From NCBI GenBank assembly GCA_030765235.1, contig JAVCCW010000021.1, positions 733 to 64,732 on the forward strand: DNA of 64,000 bases, read 5' to 3'. This document shows positions 41,015 to 52,859 of the stretch, piece by piece (position 1 is the stretch's first letter; every line of letters starts with the position of its first letter). Made by a program: the position numbers and the translations under genes. Below the pieces are notes generated by a model. It searched no databases. It saw nothing but the letters and a program-made list of their open reading frames with translations, and was not told the origin of the DNA. This stretch comes from Candidatus Gorgyraea atricola. GTDB taxonomy: Bacteria > Omnitrophota > Gorgyraeia > Gorgyraeales > Gorgyraeaceae.

Positions 41015-42012
41015 ATAAAATAATTAATATTAAAGATGTAGCGAAATCTGCAGGCGTTTCTATTGCAACAGTCTCCAGGGTCATGAATGGATTGTCTACG
41101 GTTAAGAAAGAAAATAAGTCCAGGGTCCAGGCCGCGGTAAAAAAACTCAAATTCAGGCCCAATGTGAGCGCTCAGCGACTTGCATCAAAAAGCAATAACG
41201 CCATAGGCCTTGTTATCCCGAGATATGCTGATATGTTTCATTCATTTTATGCTCTGCAGATTCTGCAGGGTGTCGGCGCAGGCGTAGAGAAATTAAAACT
41301 GGATCTACTTTTACATATTACCAACGGAGAGACATTTTTAAATACCTCGGCGCTGGAGGGAGTGATATTTTCCGATATCATAGGAAACGAAGAACAGGTA
41401 GACAACGTGCTTAAGATCGATATACCGTGCGTGATCATGAATTATTTGACCAGGGATTTGCCAGTGAGCTGCGTTTCTATTGATAATTTCAATGCAGCGA
41501 TCAAGGCAGTGGAATATCTTGCTAAACTCGGACATACAAAGATCGCCACTATTGCAGGTGAATTAAAATCGCAGGTAGCTATTGACAGACTGGATGGATA
41601 TTTAAGTGGTCTTGAAAAGAAAAAAATAGAGAAAAGGAAAAATTTTGTAAAATACGGAGACTTTGGAAGAGACTCTGCGATCAGGGCAACAAAGGAGCTT
41701 ATAAAGATGAAGACTCCTCCTACAGCCATATTTGCCGCGAGCGACGAGATGGCTGTGGGTGCCATACAGGTCTTGCTTGAGAGCGGGGTCAATGTACCTG
41801 AAGATATTTCTGTGATAGGGTTCGATGATAATCAGTTGGCCCTGAATTTTTCTCCAATAGCCCTTACTACAATAAGGCAGCCCTTGCACAAGATGGCTGT
41901 TACAGCCACAGAGACACTGCACAAGATCATTACAGGGAAGATCAAAGGCAATAAGCGGATCACGCTTCCGTGCGAACTCATAGAACGCTCTTCCTGCCAA
42001 TCGTTAACCTAA
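41011..42012 (+). CDS. LacI-family transcriptional regulator
   Basis: N-terminal IKDVAK.AGVS.ATVSRV HTH, periplasmic-binding-like core. Confidence 0.85.
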   Translation: MNKIINIKDVAKSAGVSIATVSRVMNGLSTVKKENKSRVQAAVKKLKFRPNVSAQRLASKSNNAIGLVIPRYADMFHSFYALQILQGVGAGVEKLKLDLLLHITNGETFLNTSALEGVIFSDIIGNEEQVDNVLKIDIPCVIMNYLTRDLPVSCVSIDNFNAAIKAVEYLAKLGHTKIATIAGELKSQVAIDRLDGYLSGLEKKKIEKRKNFVKYGDFGRDSAIRATKELIKMKTPPTAIFAASDEMAVGAIQVLLESGVNVPEDISVIGFDDNQLALNFSPIALTTIRQPLHKMAVTATETLHKIITGKIKGNKRITLPCELIERSSCQSLT

Positions 42013-42142
42013 CTTCACGCTTAGGTTGACAATTCCAACCTCCACCTTTACAATATACTTAACTTTACATTAGTAGGCCAGGTTTAAACCTGGCCTACAG
42101 AAGATGAGCCTTGCACGAGTCTAAAGTTGTGTTTGTTTTAGT

Positions 42143-43105
42143 ATGATTAGAACTATTTTAGATAAGGTTTCCTCTGGCAAAAAGTTGGGGTTTAAAGAGG
42201 CGAGGATTCTCTTGAATGCAGACAGAGGAGAATTACCTTTTTTGATGCATGCCGCTGATACTGTCAGGCGGGAACATTGCGGCAATAAGATGAATCTTTG
42301 TTCTTTGATAAATGCAAAAAGCGGCCTGTGTTCAGAGGACTGTAAGTTTTGCGCGCAATCCGCAAGACACAACACAGGTTGTGAGGTTTATTCCCTGGTT
42401 AGCGTCGAGAAAATGATAGACGCGGCTAAAAAGGCAAAAGAGATAGGCGCTGCTAATTTTTGCATAGTGATTAGCGGAGAAGGGCCGACCAAGGAAGAAT
42501 TTGAGGATATAAAAAAGGCAATTGCGAGAATTAAAAAAGATGTGGGTATAAAAGTAGACTGTTCTCTTGGCAGGCTTGATGAGGCTATGATTAGAGAACT
42601 GAAGGAACTGGGCATTGACAGATATAATCATAATCTTGAGACCTCAGAGAATTTTTATAAAGAGATCTGCACGACACATGCTTACAAGAATAGATTGGAT
42701 ATGGTGGGTATGTTAAAGGATGCGGGGTTAGGGCCTTGCTGCGGCGGGATTATAGGCATGGGCGAGGGAGTTGAGGATAGGCTGAAACTTTTGTTTACCT
42801 TGAAGGAGCTTGGCGTAAAATGTGTGCCCATAAATATACTTAATCCAAGAAAAGACACCCCGCTCGAGGACATACAGCCGCTTTCACCATGGGAGATTAT
42901 AAAGACAGTAGCGGTTTTCAGGCTGGTCCTGCAGGATGCTATTATAAAGGTAGCAGGTGGCAGGGAATTAGGGTTACGTGACATGCAGGCAATGGCATTT
43001 ACCTCAGGCGCAAACGGCATGATAATAGGAGGCTATCTAACTACAAAAGGCAGATCTGTAGAGCAGGATCTACAGATGGCAAGAGACTTGGGATTCAAAC
43101 TTTAA
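42143..43105 (+). CDS. bioB: biotin synthase
   Basis: radical SAM, CKFCAQS-type cluster motif, YNHNLET. Confidence 0.9.
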   Translation: MIRTILDKVSSGKKLGFKEARILLNADRGELPFLMHAADTVRREHCGNKMNLCSLINAKSGLCSEDCKFCAQSARHNTGCEVYSLVSVEKMIDAAKKAKEIGAANFCIVISGEGPTKEEFEDIKKAIARIKKDVGIKVDCSLGRLDEAMIRELKELGIDRYNHNLETSENFYKEICTTHAYKNRLDMVGMLKDAGLGPCCGGIIGMGEGVEDRLKLLFTLKELGVKCVPINILNPRKDTPLEDIQPLSPWEIIKTVAVFRLVLQDAIIKVAGGRELGLRDMQAMAFTSGANGMIIGGYLTTKGRSVEQDLQMARDLGFKL

Positions 43106-43115
43106 GGAGGAGCAT

Positions 43116-44054
43116 ATGAAATTAGCAGTCTTAGGGGCAGGGGGATTAGGTAAGGCGTGTTTGGATGTTGTGGCAAAGAAAAAAGACGCTAAGGTTGTCG
43201 CGATCTGTGATTCAGAGGGGTATCTATATTCTGAGAAAGGCATAACTACTCAAGATCTGGGAAGATCCAGGGCCTCAAAGGACCCCATAGGCGAGATCAT
43301 AAAGTTAAAAAATAAATACGACGGTATTTTTGTAGCGCTTCCGAATTTGCCAAATGAATTTATTCCAAACGTAGTAAAGCGTTTCATAAAAGCAAAATAC
43401 AGCGGAGTTTTTACATGCGCGTTGAAGCGCACAAGCGCGATGAAATTAATGATGAAATTAGATGCCGGATTGAAGAAGAACAAAAGCACCTATATAGCCG
43501 GGTGCGGCGCAACACCAGGACTTTTATCAGCTGCGGCAGTGTTGGCAGCGCAGTCATTTACAGAGATCGAGGATGTAAATATCTGGTGGGGGGTAGGTAT
43601 CTCGAACTGGGATACATACAGGGCAACGATCAGAGAAGACATTGCGCATCTCCCAGGTTATACAGTCATGCGCGCAAAAAGAATGACAGATAAAGACGTG
43701 AATGATCTTTTAAATAAGAGAGATGGAAAGCTTGAGCTGCGTAATATGGAACACGCTGACGATGTCTTGCTCAAAAAAGCAGGCGTTGTGGATTCCATGA
43801 AAAAGGTTTCAGTGGGCGGCGTAATGGATACAAGGCATGCAAAAAAGCCTGTTTCCACGACCATGACACTCACAGGCACGACATTCGAAGGTAAGCGTTC
43901 CAGTCACAGGTTCATACTTGGAGACGAGACATCCATGGCAGCCAATGTGATCGGCCCTGCGCTCGGCTACCTGAAGCGCGCCATCTGGCTAAAACAACAC
44001 AAGATCTACGGCATATTCGGCTCCACAGAATTCATGCCCATGATCCTAAAGTAG
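43116..44054 (+). CDS. NAD(P)-binding Rossmann oxidoreductase in the bioA position; candidate BioU-type (S)-8-amino-7-oxononanoate to DAPA enzyme
   Basis: VLGAGGLGK dinucleotide fold; located between bioB and bioF with no bioA in the cluster. Confidence 0.4.
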   Translation: MKLAVLGAGGLGKACLDVVAKKKDAKVVAICDSEGYLYSEKGITTQDLGRSRASKDPIGEIIKLKNKYDGIFVALPNLPNEFIPNVVKRFIKAKYSGVFTCALKRTSAMKLMMKLDAGLKKNKSTYIAGCGATPGLLSAAAVLAAQSFTEIEDVNIWWGVGISNWDTYRATIREDIAHLPGYTVMRAKRMTDKDVNDLLNKRDGKLELRNMEHADDVLLKKAGVVDSMKKVSVGGVMDTRHAKKPVSTTMTLTGTTFEGKRSSHRFILGDETSMAANVIGPALGYLKRAIWLKQHKIYGIFGSTEFMPMILK

Positions 44055-44075
44055 ACAAAACAGTCACTGACGGAA

Positions 44076-46112
<2,037 letters not shown>

Positions 46113-46156
46113 CTTTATATTTGAAATAGACTTATTTGATGTTAAAATAGAATATT

Positions 46157-47182
46157 ATGAAGATAAGGGGAAAATTTCTCACAACTGGAATAGGTAGTCT
46201 GCCGCTTCTTGATGCGAAGAAGGGTGTTGAAGTGGTCTGCAAAAATTTTGACATACCATTCTGGCCCCAGCTTCCAAAAAGAGGTTTTAAAGAGAACATG
46301 TATACGCAGTTTGCCGTAGGGCTACCTTCCTTAGTTATAGACGAGAAAAATCGAAAGATCCACGTTGATAGCACAAAGGATTTGAGCGAAGAACTGGGCA
46401 AACTATACGAGTCCTATATATCAGAGGATTATGCTTCGCTTGGCCTTACAAAGGACTTTGCCGAGGGGTTTTACGCATTTTTAGACGCGGAAAAAAAGTT
46501 TGATCATGTAAAGGGTCATATTACAGGACCTATAAGTTTTGGCCTTGGTGTTACAGATGAAAAAGGAAAATCTATAATATATAATGACACGCTTAAAGAA
46601 GCACTGATCAAGCTTTTGGAGATCAAGGCTAGCTGGCAGATAGATAAACTAAAAGAACTTTCCAAAAATATCATAATATTTATAGATGAGCCATACCTAA
46701 CGAGTTTTGGTTCCAGTTATGTAAATTTAGAACGCCATGACGTAATCTTAGCGCTCAATGCAGTCATAGATAAGATCCACGCAAAAGGCTGCCTTACGGG
46801 TATTCACTGCTGTGGCAATACAGACTGGTCATTGCTCGCAGAGACATCAGTTGATATAATAAATTTTGATGCCTATTTATATGCGGAGAGCCTTTCGCTA
46901 TACCCTAAAGAAATAACAGGGTTTCTGAAAAAAGGAGGATATCTCGCATGGGGCATTGTACCTACGTCTGATTCAGTGTTGAAAGAGGACGAGAAGACCC
47001 TATTTAATAAATTATCCAAAGAAATAGCAAATCTGGAGAAAAAAGGAGTCCCTCGAAATTTATTGATCTCTAATTCTTTGCTTACCCCAAGTTGTGGCAT
47101 GGCTACGCTTTCCGAAGAGTTGACTAAAGATATAATAACAAAGCTTACCAAAGTTGCACAATTGGCAAAGAAAAACTTATAA
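46157..47182 (+). CDS. MetE C-terminal-domain-like (URO-D/CIMS family) Zn-dependent methyltransferase, short form
   Basis: IHCCGNTD and TPSCGMAT resemble MetE Zn ligand motifs (H.C ... C). Confidence 0.5.
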   Translation: MKIRGKFLTTGIGSLPLLDAKKGVEVVCKNFDIPFWPQLPKRGFKENMYTQFAVGLPSLVIDEKNRKIHVDSTKDLSEELGKLYESYISEDYASLGLTKDFAEGFYAFLDAEKKFDHVKGHITGPISFGLGVTDEKGKSIIYNDTLKEALIKLLEIKASWQIDKLKELSKNIIIFIDEPYLTSFGSSYVNLERHDVILALNAVIDKIHAKGCLTGIHCCGNTDWSLLAETSVDIINFDAYLYAESLSLYPKEITGFLKKGGYLAWGIVPTSDSVLKEDEKTLFNKLSKEIANLEKKGVPRNLLISNSLLTPSCGMATLSEELTKDIITKLTKVAQLAKKNL

Positions 47183-47189
47183 AGGTTAC

Positions 47190-48302
47190 ATGAAGACTAG
47201 AATTCTTGCACTAGGTGCGCAGTCAAAAGGCAGCTTTTGCCTTATTAAAAATGGAAAACTCCATGTTTCAAACTCCTTTGGAGACCTGAGTGAGGCAGAG
47301 AATTTTCATCGCTTTGAAAAAGAGATAAAAAAAATAAAACCAGAGCCAAAGCTTATAGCGTGCGATATGCATCCGGAATATGCTTCAACTAAGCTGGCAA
47401 ATAATTTAGCTAAAAGCGTAAAAAGGATTCAGCATCATGAGGCGCATGTGGCAAGCTGCATCGCAGATAATAATATTAAAGGTAAGATAATAGGCATTGC
47501 ATTTGACGGCACTGGATTTGGCAGAGACGCTAATATCTGGGGCGGAGAGTTTTTTGTAGGTAGCATTAAAGACCTTAAGAGAGCAGCACATCTAAAATAC
47601 GCCTCTATGCCAGGAGGAGAAGCAGCAGTAAGAGAACCCTGGCGCATGGCCTTTAGCTATCTTCGTGCTTCTAATCTAGCAAATCTAACCAGGTTAGATA
47701 AGGAGAAAACAAGACTTCTCGCGCAGATGATGGATAAAGATATAAATTCGCCTCTTACTTCTAGCATGGGTAGACTTTTTGATGCAGTATCGTCGCTTGT
47801 TGGGATTTGTGATAGGGCAGAGTATGAGGGGCAGGCGGCGGTTGAGCTGGAGAGAGCTATTGAGGGACCCCATACGAAAATCAAAGATTTCGTACGGGGC
47901 AGGCAAGGGACAAGGGACCCCATACGAAAATCAAAGATTTCGTACGGGGCAGGCAAAGGACAAGGGAAGTATAGCTTCACATATAAAGATGGTATTATTG
48001 ATTGGACGCCGGTTATCAAGGCTATAGTTAAGGATTTAAAGGCTAAGAAGAGTAAGGGTGAGATTTCGCTTAAGTTTCATAATGCGGTTTGTCATATGAT
48101 AAAGGATGTCTGTATTTTATTGAGAAAGAAATATAAAATCAACAGGGTCTGTATGAGCGGCGGCGTGTTTCAGAATAAGTATTTATCGAAAAATACACCA
48201 CCACTTTTAGAAAAAGAGGGATTCAAGGTATATTTACATAAGAATTTGCCTAGCCACGACGGAAACATTGCGTTAGGCCAGGCAGTATTAGCCGGAGCAT
48301 AA
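47190..48302 (+). CDS. hypF: HypF C-terminal (Kae1-like carbamoyltransferase) domain only; carries a 2 x 50-bp tandem repeat insertion
   Basis: HHEAH motif, C-terminal SGGVFQN...HDGNIALGQA; no acylphosphatase/Zn-finger/YrdC part. Confidence 0.65.
   Translation: MKTRILALGAQSKGSFCLIKNGKLHVSNSFGDLSEAENFHRFEKEIKKIKPEPKLIACDMHPEYASTKLANNLAKSVKRIQHHEAHVASCIADNNIKGKIIGIAFDGTGFGRDANIWGGEFFVGSIKDLKRAAHLKYASMPGGEAAVREPWRMAFSYLRASNLANLTRLDKEKTRLLAQMMDKDINSPLTSSMGRLFDAVSSLVGICDRAEYEGQAAVELERAIEGPHTKIKDFVRGRQGTRDPIRKSKISYGAGKGQGKYSFTYKDGIIDWTPVIKAIVKDLKAKKSKGEISLKFHNAVCHMIKDVCILLRKKYKINRVCMSGGVFQNKYLSKNTPPLLEKEGFKVYLHKNLPSHDGNIALGQAVLAGA
47868..47967. repeat. two tandem 50-bp copies of CCCC-ATACGAAAATCAAAGATTTCGTA-CGGGGCAGGCAAGGGACAAGGGA inside the hypF-like CDS
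   Basis: seen in sequence; ORF stays open. Confidence 0.85.
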
Positions 48303-48303
48303 C

Positions 48304-48510
48304 ATGTGTTTAGCTATACCAATGAAGATTAAAAAAATAGAAGGCGACAGGGCCATTGTATCCAGTGGCAGTGTAGAGCGCAGGATCGCCATAAATTTTC
48401 TGACTAGCCCCAGAATAGGCGATTATGTAATGGTGCATGCAGGTTTTGCAATAGAAAAGCTCGACCCTAAACAAGCAGAGGAAACACTTGAAATACTTAG
48501 ACGAATTTAG
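48304..48510 (+). CDS. hypC: hydrogenase maturation factor HypC
   Basis: MCLAIP N-terminus. Confidence 0.85.
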   Translation: MCLAIPMKIKKIEGDRAIVSSGSVERRIAINFLTSPRIGDYVMVHAGFAIEKLDPKQAEETLEILRRI

Positions 48511-49570
48511 AGATAGTAAAATTGCCAAAAAGATCTCCATGGCCATTTTTGAAAAGGCTAAGGGCCTTGACCCTATAAATCTAATGGAGGTGTGCGGTAC
48601 GCATACAATGTCGATCTGTAAATTCGGCATTCGTCAGATGCTACCCGAACATATAAATCTTATCTCAGGCCCAGGATGTCCTGTGTGCGTGTCGCCAAAA
48701 TCCTATATAGATAAGGCAATAGCATTTTCCAGACTGCCCGATGTAATCTTGACTACGTTTGGAGACATGTTAAAGGTACCTGGTTCTAATTCCAGCTTGG
48801 CAGAAGAGAGGGCAAAGGGTGCCAATGTAAAAGTCGTATATTCCTGTTTAGATGCAGTAGATATTGCTGAGGAGAATCCTGATAAAAAAATAATATTTCT
48901 TGGCATAGGTTTTGAGACTACTTCTCCTACAGTTGCAGCAAGTATAGCATATGCAAACAAGAAAAAACTCAAGAACTTTTTCGTATATTCAGGACATAAA
49001 ATAATTCCTCCTGCGATGAAGATATTGATCGCTGATGACGATATCAATATAGATGGCTTCCTGTGCCCTGCGCATGTAAGTACTATTATAGGTACCTTGC
49101 CCTATAAGACCATTAATATACCCTGCGTCATAGCAGGTTTTGAGCCACTAGATATCTTACAGGGCATCTTGATGCTCGTAGAGCAGATCGCGTCAGGCGC
49201 AATAAAGGTTGAAAACCAATACAAGAGAATAGTGAAAGAACAGGGCAATAAAAAGGCTTTGCATTTATTAGAAGATGTTTTTACAATAGAGGACTCTGAG
49301 TGGCGAGGCATGGGAGTATTGCCTAAAAGCGGCATGAAGATTTCTAAAAAATATTCTATGTTTGACGCTGAGAAGTCATTTAAGCTACCAGAGATAAAAA
49401 CTGCGTCTGACAAAGGATGTATGTGCGGCAATATACTTAAAGGTATAAAGACGCCATTTGATTGCAGGTTATTTGCCAAGAAATGTACACCTGAAAAACC
49501 CCAGGGCGCGTGCATGGTCTCAAGCGAAGGCACATGCGCAGCGTATTATAGATATCAAGTGAGGACATAA
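48488..49570 (+). CDS. hypD: hydrogenase maturation factor HypD
   Basis: CGTHT, GPGCPVC motifs. Confidence 0.9.
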   Translation: MKYLDEFRDSKIAKKISMAIFEKAKGLDPINLMEVCGTHTMSICKFGIRQMLPEHINLISGPGCPVCVSPKSYIDKAIAFSRLPDVILTTFGDMLKVPGSNSSLAEERAKGANVKVVYSCLDAVDIAEENPDKKIIFLGIGFETTSPTVAASIAYANKKKLKNFFVYSGHKIIPPAMKILIADDDINIDGFLCPAHVSTIIGTLPYKTINIPCVIAGFEPLDILQGILMLVEQIASGAIKVENQYKRIVKEQGNKKALHLLEDVFTIEDSEWRGMGVLPKSGMKISKKYSMFDAEKSFKLPEIKTASDKGCMCGNILKGIKTPFDCRLFAKKCTPEKPQGACMVSSEGTCAAYYRYQVRT

Positions 49571-49977
49571 GTTACGTCAATCTTTGATTGACGTAACTTA
49601 TAAGTCCGAACTTGACCCCCACACCAATTATGTATTATGTATATGTGATAAAAAGCAGAAAAGACAGTGAGTTGTATATAGGATTTACAAATGATCTAGA
49701 GCGTAGAATGAGAGAACATGATAGAGGTAGAGTTTCTTCTACTAAAGCAAGAGCGCCTTTTAAATTGGTGTATTGTGAGGCATATGGCTCTGAAAAGGAT
49801 GCTCGAGCTAGAGAGTTAAACTTAAAATTAAGATCTCGTGCTTTTACGCAGCTGAAGAAACGAATAGAAGCAAGCGTATCTACATAATTGGTGTGGGGGT
49901 AAATTCGCACCTTCACAGAAGTTAATCAAGGAGATTCAGTTGCATCATCCTATGGATGATGCAACTGAAGTGCTCAT
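49556..49977 (+). mobile_element. composite element copy B carrying a GIY-YIG gene between the CCCCCACACCAATT / AATTGGTGTGGGGG inverted repeats; left end overlaps hypD stop, right end abuts hypE ATG
   Basis: same module order as copies A and C. Confidence 0.6.
49630..49887 (+). CDS. GIY-YIG nuclease family protein, YhbQ/UPF0213 type
   Basis: YVYVIKS..ELYIGFTNDLERRMREH matches YhbQ FLYLIRT..KLYTGITTDVERRYQQH. Confidence 0.8.
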   Translation: MYYVYVIKSRKDSELYIGFTNDLERRMREHDRGRVSSTKARAPFKLVYCEAYGSEKDARARELNLKLRSRAFTQLKKRIEASVST

Positions 49978-49979
49978 TT

Positions 49980-50969
49980 ATGAAAAGAATAACATTATCT
50001 CACGGAAGCGGCGGGACATTGATGCATGAACTGATAAAGGAACTCTTTGTCAGGAATCTGGACAACCCATATTTACATAATTTAGGTGATGCCGCGCTTA
50101 TTGAGAAAAATCTGGCATATACAACAGATTCTTTTGTTATAAGTCCAATATTTTTCCCAGGCGGCGACATTGGAAAGCTCTCTATTTGCGGGACAGTGAA
50201 TGATCTGGCTGTTAGCGGCGCTAAACCTAAATATATTTCCTGCGGCATGATCGTTGAGGAAGGATTTGACTACAAGGATCTTGAGAAAATAACCCTATCT
50301 ATAAAAGCCACATGTAAAGCCTCGGGTGTGTATATAGTTGCAGGTGATTTTAAGGTAGTTGAAAAGGGCGCAGTGGATAAGATTTTTATAAATACATCAG
50401 GTGTAGGCGAGATGCACAAGGGCGCAAGACTTTCATCTAGACGCATAAAGCCAGGCGATAAGATCATCCTTAGCGGTACTATGGGTGACCATGCCGCGGC
50501 AGTGCTTATTGCAAGAGAAGAGCTAAAGTTTAAATCAAAGATCTTCAGCGACTGCGCGCCTTTAAATGGTCTTATATCGTCTATAATATCTAAAGACATA
50601 AGATTTATGCGGGATCCTACTCGCGGCGGACTTGCAACTACATTGAATGAAATCGCAATAGAGTGCGGCTATAATATGACTATCGACGAAAAAAAGATCC
50701 CAATAAAAGAAAATGTCAGGGCCTTGTGCGAGATATTAGGTATGGATCCTCTATACATGGCAAATGAGGGCAAGGTCATGCTGATAGTTTCAGAAAAATC
50801 AGCATCAAAAGTTTTGTCTCGCATAAAAAAACATCCCCTTGGAAAAAACAGTAGAATAATAGGGGAAGTTGAGAAGCGCAAAGACAAAAAAGTTTATCTA
50901 AAGACGAAAATCGGCGGAACCAGGATTGTAGACATGTTAACAGGTGAGCAATTACCAAGGATCTGTTAG
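49980..50969 (+). CDS. hypE: hydrogenase maturation factor HypE
   Basis: AIR-synthase-like fold, C-terminal PRIC. Confidence 0.9.
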   Translation: MKRITLSHGSGGTLMHELIKELFVRNLDNPYLHNLGDAALIEKNLAYTTDSFVISPIFFPGGDIGKLSICGTVNDLAVSGAKPKYISCGMIVEEGFDYKDLEKITLSIKATCKASGVYIVAGDFKVVEKGAVDKIFINTSGVGEMHKGARLSSRRIKPGDKIILSGTMGDHAAAVLIAREELKFKSKIFSDCAPLNGLISSIISKDIRFMRDPTRGGLATTLNEIAIECGYNMTIDEKKIPIKENVRALCEILGMDPLYMANEGKVMLIVSEKSASKVLSRIKKHPLGKNSRIIGEVEKRKDKKVYLKTKIGGTRIVDMLTGEQLPRIC

Positions 50970-51156
50970 TGAGGGCATGAGTTACGACAATCAAAGATTG
51001 TCGTAACTCATGTGTCCGAACTAACCCCCACACCAATTGTGGTTTACAGTTATATAACTCATAATTGGTGTGGGGGTTAAATTCGCACCTTCAAAGAAGC
51101 TAAACACAGGAGATCAAGTTACGAAAATCAAAGATTTTCGTAACTTGAGTGCTCAT
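50970..51156 (+). mobile_element. composite element copy C (short loop) between hypE and hypA
   Basis: hairpin TACGACAATCAAAGATTGTCGTA, inverted repeats, AATTCGCAC, hairpin TTACGAAAATCAAAGATTTTCGTAA, GTGCTCAT. Confidence 0.6.
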
Positions 51157-51159
51157 TTA

Positions 51160-51492
51160 ATGCATGAAATAGGTCTTGTAGACGACATAATCAGTAAAAT
51201 AAAGACGGACTCAAAGGTAAAGAAGATCAATATCCTTATAGGTGAGCTCGAGCATATATCAGCAGATCACTTTGAATTTCACTTTAGAGAGCGCACAAAA
51301 GGCACAGCACTTGAAAACGTAAAACTTTCTTTTAAAAAAGTCGAGGCAAGATTTAGATGTAAGGATTGTAACACTGAATTCTCCCCAGACGAGGGCCTGA
51401 ATGGCTGCCCTAATTGCAAAAGCAAGCTAAGTGATGTGACAAAAGGCGCTGGTATCAGCATAGAGTCAGTAGAATATGGAAAGATTTTATAG
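51160..51492 (+). CDS. hypA: hydrogenase nickel incorporation protein HypA
   Basis: MHE start, CxxC...CxxC zinc site. Confidence 0.85.
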   Translation: MHEIGLVDDIISKIKTDSKVKKINILIGELEHISADHFEFHFRERTKGTALENVKLSFKKVEARFRCKDCNTEFSPDEGLNGCPNCKSKLSDVTKGAGISIESVEYGKIL

Positions 51493-52216
51493 GAAGTGGA
51501 CAAATAGTAAAGATCTTATCGCGCAGGAAGTCATTGTGAGCGAGACAGATCTATTGATTTCTGCTGAGAAAGATATAAAAGAACCTGCAGAAAAACTTAT
51601 AAAAAAATTTAGGGCCCAGATAGAAGATTATATTAAAAAGCACCCTGAGTTTAAGACTAGCCTTGTGCCTCTGGAACTTCCAAGGCGAAACCTCCGCCAG
51701 CTATGTTGGCGGAGGTTTCGCCTTGGGATTATAAAGGATATGCTAGAGGCTTCAAAGCTCGCAGGAGTCGGCCCAATGGCAGCTATAGCGGGCGCGATTG
51801 CAGAATACGTTGGTAAAGGGCTTTTATCTGAGACAAAAGAGATTATAGTAGAGAATGGCGGCGATATATTCATAAAATCAGAAAAAGAACGCCATGTGGC
51901 CATATTTGCCGGCGATTCACCACTTTCCAACAAGCTCTCTATAAAAGTAAAAGCGCAGGATACGCCATGCGGCATCTGCACTTCTTCAGGCACAGTGGGC
52001 CATTCTTTAAGCTTTGGAAAAGCAGATGCATGTGTTATAATATCTAAATCAGTAGCTTTAGCAGATGCAGTAGCAACAGCAGCATGTAACAGGGTTAAAA
52101 CCAAGCACGACATAAAACCAGCGCTAGAATTCGCAACATCTATTAAAGGCATCCAAGGCGCATTGATAGTATTAGGTAAGGATTTCGGAGTATCAGGTAA
52201 TATTGAGTTAAAATAG
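51476..52216 (+). CDS. conserved hypothetical protein (possibly UPF0280/ApbE-superfamily)
   Basis: weak recall only. Confidence 0.3.
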   Translation: MERFYRKWTNSKDLIAQEVIVSETDLLISAEKDIKEPAEKLIKKFRAQIEDYIKKHPEFKTSLVPLELPRRNLRQLCWRRFRLGIIKDMLEASKLAGVGPMAAIAGAIAEYVGKGLLSETKEIIVENGGDIFIKSEKERHVAIFAGDSPLSNKLSIKVKAQDTPCGICTSSGTVGHSLSFGKADACVIISKSVALADAVATAACNRVKTKHDIKPALEFATSIKGIQGALIVLGKDFGVSGNIELK

Positions 52217-52300
52217 TATTTTGTCATTGCGAGCGAAGTAATAGTAGGCCAGGTTTAAACCTGGCCTACTATTACGCAATGACAATTGTAGGAGGCGACA

Positions 52301-52708
52301 ATGGTTTCCAGGCGAATTGTGTTAAAGTTTCCACATAGATTATTGGATCAGCCTATAGTGTATAGGATGGTGAAGGACTATGGCCTGGAATTCAACATAT
52401 TAAAGGCATATGTAACTCCGAATGAACAAGGACTTTTGGTGCTCGAGCTTAGTGGTGACGACAAGAAGTTTGACAAAGCTGTGGCATATGCAAAGTCCAT
52501 TGGCGTATCAGTCCAGCCGCTTTCCAAAGACATAAAGCGCAATGACAAGAAATGCACTCACTGCGGCGCATGCGTCCCAATATGCCCCACAGAGGCACTC
52601 GTAATAGACCCAAAGACCCGCAAGGTCGAGTTCTACAGCGAAAAATGCATAGCCTGTGAACTCTGCATCAAAGCCTGCCCTCCCAGGGCCATGGAGCTGC
52701 ATTTTTAG
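52301..52708 (+). CDS. NIL-domain-containing 4Fe-4S dicluster ferredoxin
   Basis: CTHCGACVPICP and CIACELCIKACP. Confidence 0.7.
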   Translation: MVSRRIVLKFPHRLLDQPIVYRMVKDYGLEFNILKAYVTPNEQGLLVLELSGDDKKFDKAVAYAKSIGVSVQPLSKDIKRNDKKCTHCGACVPICPTEALVIDPKTRKVEFYSEKCIACELCIKACPPRAMELHF

Positions 52709-52859
52709 AATCACAAGGCCTGTAACTCTAATATTTCCATATACTTACCCCACCCCAAGACGTCCCCAGTCATTTACCTTGCATATAGATGGGTTATAGG
52801 GTATAATTATATTGGTAAAGTAGTTAGCCTTAGGAAAAGGCTATTTTTGTGAGGAGATT

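Noticed and set aside
47779-48027. Alternative-frame ORF through the 50-bp tandem repeat in the hypF-like gene
   Set aside because: It lies entirely within a longer ORF with clear HypF C-terminal similarity; it exists because the repeat is open in several frames.
49556-49977. GIY-YIG ORF flanked by long inverted repeats as a group I intron homing endonuclease
   Set aside because: The protein is the short YhbQ/UPF0213 type, not an intron-encoded I-TevI-like enzyme. The host sequence is intergenic, not rRNA, tRNA or a conserved CDS, and no intron core (P3-P7) is apparent.
51070-51159. Six-frame ORF start MGVKFAPSKK... upstream of hypA
   Set aside because: It reads through the palindromic element C. 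HypA homologues start at MHEIGL, so the start was placed at ATG 51160.
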